Position numbers and translations under genes: made by a program. A stretch of 64,000 bases of DNA, from the NCBI GenBank assembly GCA_964611985.1, contig CAZTBM010000007.1:6024-70023 (forward strand), in the 5' to 3' direction. Below, one piece after another: positions 59,292-64,000 of the stretch (position 1 is its first letter; each line of letters opens with the position of its first letter). The DNA comes from an uncultured Desulfurococcales archaeon (GTDB lineage Archaea; Thermoproteota; Thermoprotei_A; CAZTBM01; SZUA-1508). The notes beneath the pieces are model-generated. The model had not been told where the DNA came from and ran no database searches. It saw nothing but the letters and a program-made list of their open reading frames with translations.

Positions 59292-60170
59292 ATGATAGAG
59301 ATGACAAGATTTATATTAGATGGTTTTTTCTATGCCTCAATCCTCTTCCTCATCTCCTCGGGTTTAACTCTAATATTTAGCGTTGCTGGCATAATCAATT
59401 TAGCTCATGGAGCATTATACATGTTAGGTGCGTATATTGCCGCAGTTCTAATAAAGTCTCTGATAAATACACCATATGCTATACTTGCATTCCCAATAGC
59501 AGCACTCATAATAGGATTAATAGGTATTATTATTGAAAGAGGGTTTATAAAATGGATTTATGAAAGAGAATTTGTATACCAACTTCTCTTAACCTTTGGT
59601 TTAGCCTTAGTATTAAGTGATATCACACGTATTACCTTTGGAACCGAACCTATATACGTTACTAAACTATATATCCATGCTGGAATCATCGACATACTTG
59701 GTAGCCCATACCCGGTATACAATTTCATAGTCATGGCTGTGACATTCCTCATAGGCGGTCTAATGTGGTTTATAATGTATAAGACAAGAGCTGGTAAAAT
59801 TATTCGTGCCTGCGCATTAGATAGAGAGATGAGTGAGGCTATAGGGATAAACACTAGCAGAGTCTTTACATTAACGTTCTTTATGGGGTCAGCTCTCGCA
59901 GGAATTAGTGGAGCCCTAGTTGTACCTCAATCTGCTGCAATGTTAGGTATCGATGCTGATGCATTAATAGAGTCTTTCATAGTTATAGTCATAGGTGGTG
60001 TTGGCAGTATTAAGGGCGCATTCATAGGCTCACTCCTCATAGGCTTAATTAGGGCTTTTGGTATAGCCTTATTCCCCGAAATCGAGCTTGCAATAGTCTA
60101 TCTTGTCATGGCAGCTGTCCTTCTAATAAGACCTCGTGGCCTATTCGGTAAAGAGTATAGGGTGGCCTAA
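59292..60170 (+). CDS. livH: Branched-chain amino acid ABC permease
   Basis: SGLTLIF...INLAHG, GKIIRA, IGGVGS and RPRGLFG motifs. Confidence 0.92.
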   Translation: MIEMTRFILDGFFYASILFLISSGLTLIFSVAGIINLAHGALYMLGAYIAAVLIKSLINTPYAILAFPIAALIIGLIGIIIERGFIKWIYEREFVYQLLLTFGLALVLSDITRITFGTEPIYVTKLYIHAGIIDILGSPYPVYNFIVMAVTFLIGGLMWFIMYKTRAGKIIRACALDREMSEAIGINTSRVFTLTFFMGSALAGISGALVVPQSAAMLGIDADALIESFIVIVIGGVGSIKGAFIGSLLIGLIRAFGIALFPEIELAIVYLVMAAVLLIRPRGLFGKEYRVA

Positions 60171-60173
60171 ACT

Positions 60174-61142
60174 ATGTGGCTAAGAGGGAATATGTTATCC
60201 TATAAAACTCTATTGATCATAGGATTATTGATATTATTTGCTATTCCACTACTTGGCTCAAGCTACTTAGACTTCTTATTCAGTATGGCGTTAATCTATT
60301 CTATATGGGCATTAGGATACAACTTTCTATTAGGCTATACAGGTTTACTATCATTTGGTCATGGCGCATATTTTGGTTTAGGGGCATATACTGTAGCAAT
60401 GCTTGTTACAAAGTATTCCTTTAGACCCTTCCTTCCAGTCCTAGGTATAGCTGTCTTAGTAGCAACATTCTTTGGTGCGATAATAGGATTTTTATGTGCC
60501 CGTCATGTAGCAAAATATTTTGCACTATTGACCCTTGCCTTTAGCCAGCTATTTTATGCGTTGACATTCAAATTATACCATTGGACTGGAGGAAGCGATG
60601 GTATAGTTGTTAAGTCTTTAGACTTTTTTGGTGTAGAAGTCAGTGCTATAAAAAACCCAATAGGTTACTACTATCTTACACTGATATTTTTCTTAGTATC
60701 AGTTTGCTCAGGCTGGAGAATAGTTAATTCACCATTTGGTAAAGCATTACAAGCTATAAGAGATAATCCATTAAAAGCCGAAGCTATAGGTATACCCGTT
60801 AAAAGGTATAAGTGGTATGCTTTCATAATCTCAGCAGCATACTCAGGACTTGCAGGAGCGCTTTTTGCACCTTTACTAGGTTATGCTTATCCAGACCTTT
60901 TTCACTTTTCATTCTCAGGCGAAGTATTATTTGCGACATTACTGGGTGGTCATAGAGTATTCTTTGGCCCTGTGATCGGAGCTATAATCTTCACTATTGC
61001 TAAAAGCTATATAATCGCAACGGTAAAATATTGGCCTCTCGTTTTAGGTTCAATGTTAGTTATCACTGCATTATTCTTCCCCCATGGAATCATTGGAACA
61101 ATATATGTAGTGCTAAAGAGGAGGGGTTCTAAGACTCCATGA
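60174..61142 (+). CDS. livM: Branched-chain amino acid ABC permease
   Basis: GYTGLLSFGHGAYFG, TGGSDG, SPFGKALQAIRDN and FPHGI motifs. Confidence 0.92.
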   Translation: MWLRGNMLSYKTLLIIGLLILFAIPLLGSSYLDFLFSMALIYSIWALGYNFLLGYTGLLSFGHGAYFGLGAYTVAMLVTKYSFRPFLPVLGIAVLVATFFGAIIGFLCARHVAKYFALLTLAFSQLFYALTFKLYHWTGGSDGIVVKSLDFFGVEVSAIKNPIGYYYLTLIFFLVSVCSGWRIVNSPFGKALQAIRDNPLKAEAIGIPVKRYKWYAFIISAAYSGLAGALFAPLLGYAYPDLFHFSFSGEVLFATLLGGHRVFFGPVIGAIIFTIAKSYIIATVKYWPLVLGSMLVITALFFPHGIIGTIYVVLKRRGSKTP

Positions 61143-61888
61143 GAGAAATACTAGTTACTAAGGGCTTAACAAAGTTCTTTGGAGACTTTAAGGCAGTTGA
61201 TAGCGTAGACCTAACTTTATATGAGGGAACAATCACATCACTTGTAGGACCTAATGGTGCAGGTAAAACCACATTACTGAACATGATTAGTGGTGTAATA
61301 AAACCTACACGTGGAAAAATATACTTCATGAATAAGGACATCACAGGTCTACCCCCATATAAAATAGTTAAAATGGGTATTGCTAGGGGCTTTCAATTAC
61401 CATGTGTATGTAATGATCTAACAACGTTAGATAATGTCAGAATAGCAATACTCTCACATATGGGCAAGGTTAGACGTCTTTTTAGCCTTGTTGATAAAGA
61501 TAAAGAGGTATATGAAAGAGCGATTAAAATACTTAAGACCTTTGGACTTTATGAAAAGAAGGATCTTCTAGCGCAAGATCTATCACATGGGGATAGAAAA
61601 CTCCTAGATGTAGCTATGGCTTTTGCTCTTGAACCAAAGTTGATACTGCTTGATGAACCAACTAGTGGTGTTAGTACTAGTGAGAAAAGTAAGATTATGA
61701 GAACTATTGAGAAGGTTATAAGGGAAATAGGAATAACAGCACTAATAGTAGAACATGACATGGATATTGTATTCTCATACTCTGACAGAATAATCGTAAT
61801 GCATGAAGGTAAAATCATAGCCGATGGAAAACCTGATGAGATAAAATCCAATAAGAGAGTTGAGTCAATACTACTTGGAGTTGAGTAA
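61139..61888 (+). CDS. livG: Branched-chain amino acid ABC ATPase
   Basis: GPNGAGKTT, LSHGD, LLDEPTSG and VEHDM motifs. Confidence 0.93.
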   Translation: MREILVTKGLTKFFGDFKAVDSVDLTLYEGTITSLVGPNGAGKTTLLNMISGVIKPTRGKIYFMNKDITGLPPYKIVKMGIARGFQLPCVCNDLTTLDNVRIAILSHMGKVRRLFSLVDKDKEVYERAIKILKTFGLYEKKDLLAQDLSHGDRKLLDVAMAFALEPKLILLDEPTSGVSTSEKSKIMRTIEKVIREIGITALIVEHDMDIVFSYSDRIIVMHEGKIIADGKPDEIKSNKRVESILLGVE

Positions 61889-61890
61889 AA

Positions 61891-62589
61891 ATGATATTGG
61901 AAGTAAGAGAGATACATGTTGACCTAGATAGAGTACACGTCTTGAGGGGCATTAGTTTAGACGTTGATAAGGAAGAAATAGTAATGCTCCTTGGTAGAAA
62001 TGGTGCTGGCAAGACCACAACCATGAAGAGTATAATGGGTATCGTCCCAGTTAAGGCTGGAAAAATAATATTCGAATGTAGGGATATAACAAGACTAAAA
62101 CCACATGATATAGCAAAAATGGGTATAGGTTATGCTCCTGAAGATAGGAAAATATTCGCTGACTTAACAGTTGAAGAGAACATTGAGATAGCAATAAAGG
62201 ACCTCAGTAAAAGAGATGAAATATTCGAAGAAGTATATTCAATATTCCCTGACTTGAAAAAACTATCGAAGAGAAGAGGAGGATACCTAAGTGGTGGTGA
62301 GCAGAAAATGCTAGCTGTTGGTAGAGCATTAGCCTTAAGACCTAAATTACTGCTACTAGATGAGCCACTTGAAGGCTTAGCTCCTGTTGTTGTACGAAGA
62401 TTCTATGATTCAATTAAGAAGATTAAGGAGAAGGGTATATCAATCCTTATAGCCGAATCAAATATAATCCATGTACCGAAACTTGCTGACAGAGTCTTCG
62501 TTATAGAGAGAGGTGAAATAATATTCGAAGGTACACCTGAGGAAGCATTAAAGAATGAGAAGGTTCTAAAAGTGTTAAGAGGGTACTGA
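61891..62589 (+). CDS. livF: Branched-chain amino acid ABC ATPase
   Basis: GRNGAGKTT, PEDRKIF, LSGGEQKML and LLDEPLEGLAP motifs. Confidence 0.93.
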   Translation: MILEVREIHVDLDRVHVLRGISLDVDKEEIVMLLGRNGAGKTTTMKSIMGIVPVKAGKIIFECRDITRLKPHDIAKMGIGYAPEDRKIFADLTVEENIEIAIKDLSKRDEIFEEVYSIFPDLKKLSKRRGGYLSGGEQKMLAVGRALALRPKLLLLDEPLEGLAPVVVRRFYDSIKKIKEKGISILIAESNIIHVPKLADRVFVIERGEIIFEGTPEEALKNEKVLKVLRGY

Positions 62590-62734
62590 AGGAAAATTTT
62601 CCACCTAATAACCATTACACTTGTTCTCCAGAGTTTAAGGTAGTAGTGAATAGTCGGATAGTCATTATACTATTGGGAAATTGTCGAAAAACTTAATAAT
62701 AAGAAGGAGCTATCTTAATAATTCTGGGCGACTT

Positions 62735-63808
62735 TTGTCTAATTTAAAGATTGGTACCCAAGTTGCAATAGTTGGTTATGGCGCTTATATCCCCATATAC
62801 AGAATTAAGCTTGATGAAATAGCTAAAGTGTGGGGAGATGACCCAAAGAGTATTAAGAGAGGTCTAGGCGTCGAAGAAATTAGTGTAAAAGGTCCAGATG
62901 AAGACCAAGTTACCATTGCTGTTGAGGCCGCCCGTAACGCTTTAAAGAGGGCACCAGAAGTTGACCCAAAGGACATTGGAGCCATATATGTAGGAGCTGA
63001 GTCTAAACCTTATGCTGTAAAGCCTACAGCATCTATAGTTGCTGTTGCTATTGGGGCCTCCTTTGCCCTAAGAGCCGCTGATTACGAATTTGCCTGTAAA
63101 GCTGGTACAGAGGCTATAATAAGCTGTATTGCCCAAGTGCGGGCTGGCATGATTAAATACGGTTTAGCCATAGGTGCTGATTGCTCACAGTCATGGCCTG
63201 ATGACATCCTTGAGTATACTGCTGCTAGTGGTGGATCAGCATTCATCATTGGACGTAAGTCTTCAAACACGGTAGCATACTTTGAAGGACAGTACTCTGT
63301 CACGAGTGATACCCCTGATTTTTGGAGGCGTGATACAGTAAAATATCCTAGACATATGGGTAGATTCACTGGAGAACCAGCCTATTTTAAACATATAGTC
63401 GCGGCCGCCAAAGGATTAATGGAAGAACTTGGCTTAAGACCAAGTGACTTTGACTACTTCGCACCTCACCAGCCTAATGGCAAGTTCCCTCTAAGAGTAG
63501 CTAAAATGTTAGGCTTTAAACCTGAACAAGTTAAACCTGCCCTTATAGCTCCATGGGTTGGAAACTTCTATTCAGGCTCATCAATTACTGGATTATGTAA
63601 AGTTCTTGATCAAGCGAAACCTGGACAAAGAATACTTTTAGTATCCTTTGGCTCAGGTGCAGGCTCTGACGCCTTCAGCTTGATAGTACAAGATGCCATT
63701 GAAGAGAAAAGGCACCTAGCCCCAACAGTTGAAGAATTCATTAATCGTAGGAAGGCGTATGTTGATTATGGTTTGTATTGTAAGTTCTGGGGCAAAATAC
63801 TCATGTAG
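62735..63808 (+). CDS. Archaeal hydroxymethylglutaryl-CoA synthase
   Basis: [11 protein letters not shown] (Glu), EFACKAG (Cys), [13 protein letters not shown] (His) and SFGSGAGSD motifs. Probable TTG start at 62735. Confidence 0.93.
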   Translation: MSNLKIGTQVAIVGYGAYIPIYRIKLDEIAKVWGDDPKSIKRGLGVEEISVKGPDEDQVTIAVEAARNALKRAPEVDPKDIGAIYVGAESKPYAVKPTASIVAVAIGASFALRAADYEFACKAGTEAIISCIAQVRAGMIKYGLAIGADCSQSWPDDILEYTAASGGSAFIIGRKSSNTVAYFEGQYSVTSDTPDFWRRDTVKYPRHMGRFTGEPAYFKHIVAAAKGLMEELGLRPSDFDYFAPHQPNGKFPLRVAKMLGFKPEQVKPALIAPWVGNFYSGSSITGLCKVLDQAKPGQRILLVSFGSGAGSDAFSLIVQDAIEEKRHLAPTVEEFINRRKAYVDYGLYCKFWGKILM

Positions 63809-63820
63809 TTGGGGTGGTGA

Positions 63821-64000
<180 letters not shown>

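Overview
AT-rich, gene-dense chromosomal window of a hyperthermophilic archaeon, most likely a Thermoproteota/Desulfurococcales-type crenarchaeon. This rests on GGTGA/GGAGG ribosome-binding sites, archaeal lipid genes (DGGGP synthase, mevalonate kinase, HMG-CoA synthase plus thiolase), AOR, di-myo-inositol-phosphate genes and a GltPh-like transporter; the taxonomy is inference. Most content is housekeeping, metabolic or transport. It includes: a sugar ABC ATPase and an uncharacterised glycoside hydrolase; an acetoin-dehydrogenase-like acoXABC cluster with a lipoate ligase, a DUF169 protein and an AmiS/UreI-like channel but no E3; antiporters; a MacB-type ABC exporter with a multi-Ig surface protein; a divergent mre11-nurA-herA-rad50 operon next to a VapBC pair; ThiI with a rhodanese domain; a Lon-like surface protease; a RavA/ViaA-like pair; an AOR/Fe-ADH/CoA-transferase cluster; and sugar and branched-chain amino acid ABC importers. 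Reading outside the ORF track revealed a dual-guide box C/D sRNA candidate (about 14257-14315, minus strand), a fragmented beta-propeller surface-protein pseudogene, a radical SAM/SPASM remnant and a truncated thiolase at the right edge. I saw no rRNA, tRNA, CRISPR array, integrase or intact transposase. The strongest leads are the non-canonical Mre11/NurA/HerA/Rad50 operon (Rad50 carries a PIP-box-like tail), the E3-less aco cluster with its accessory genes, and the wobble-rich C/D guide RNA. All family assignments come from motif recognition by eye, not database searches.
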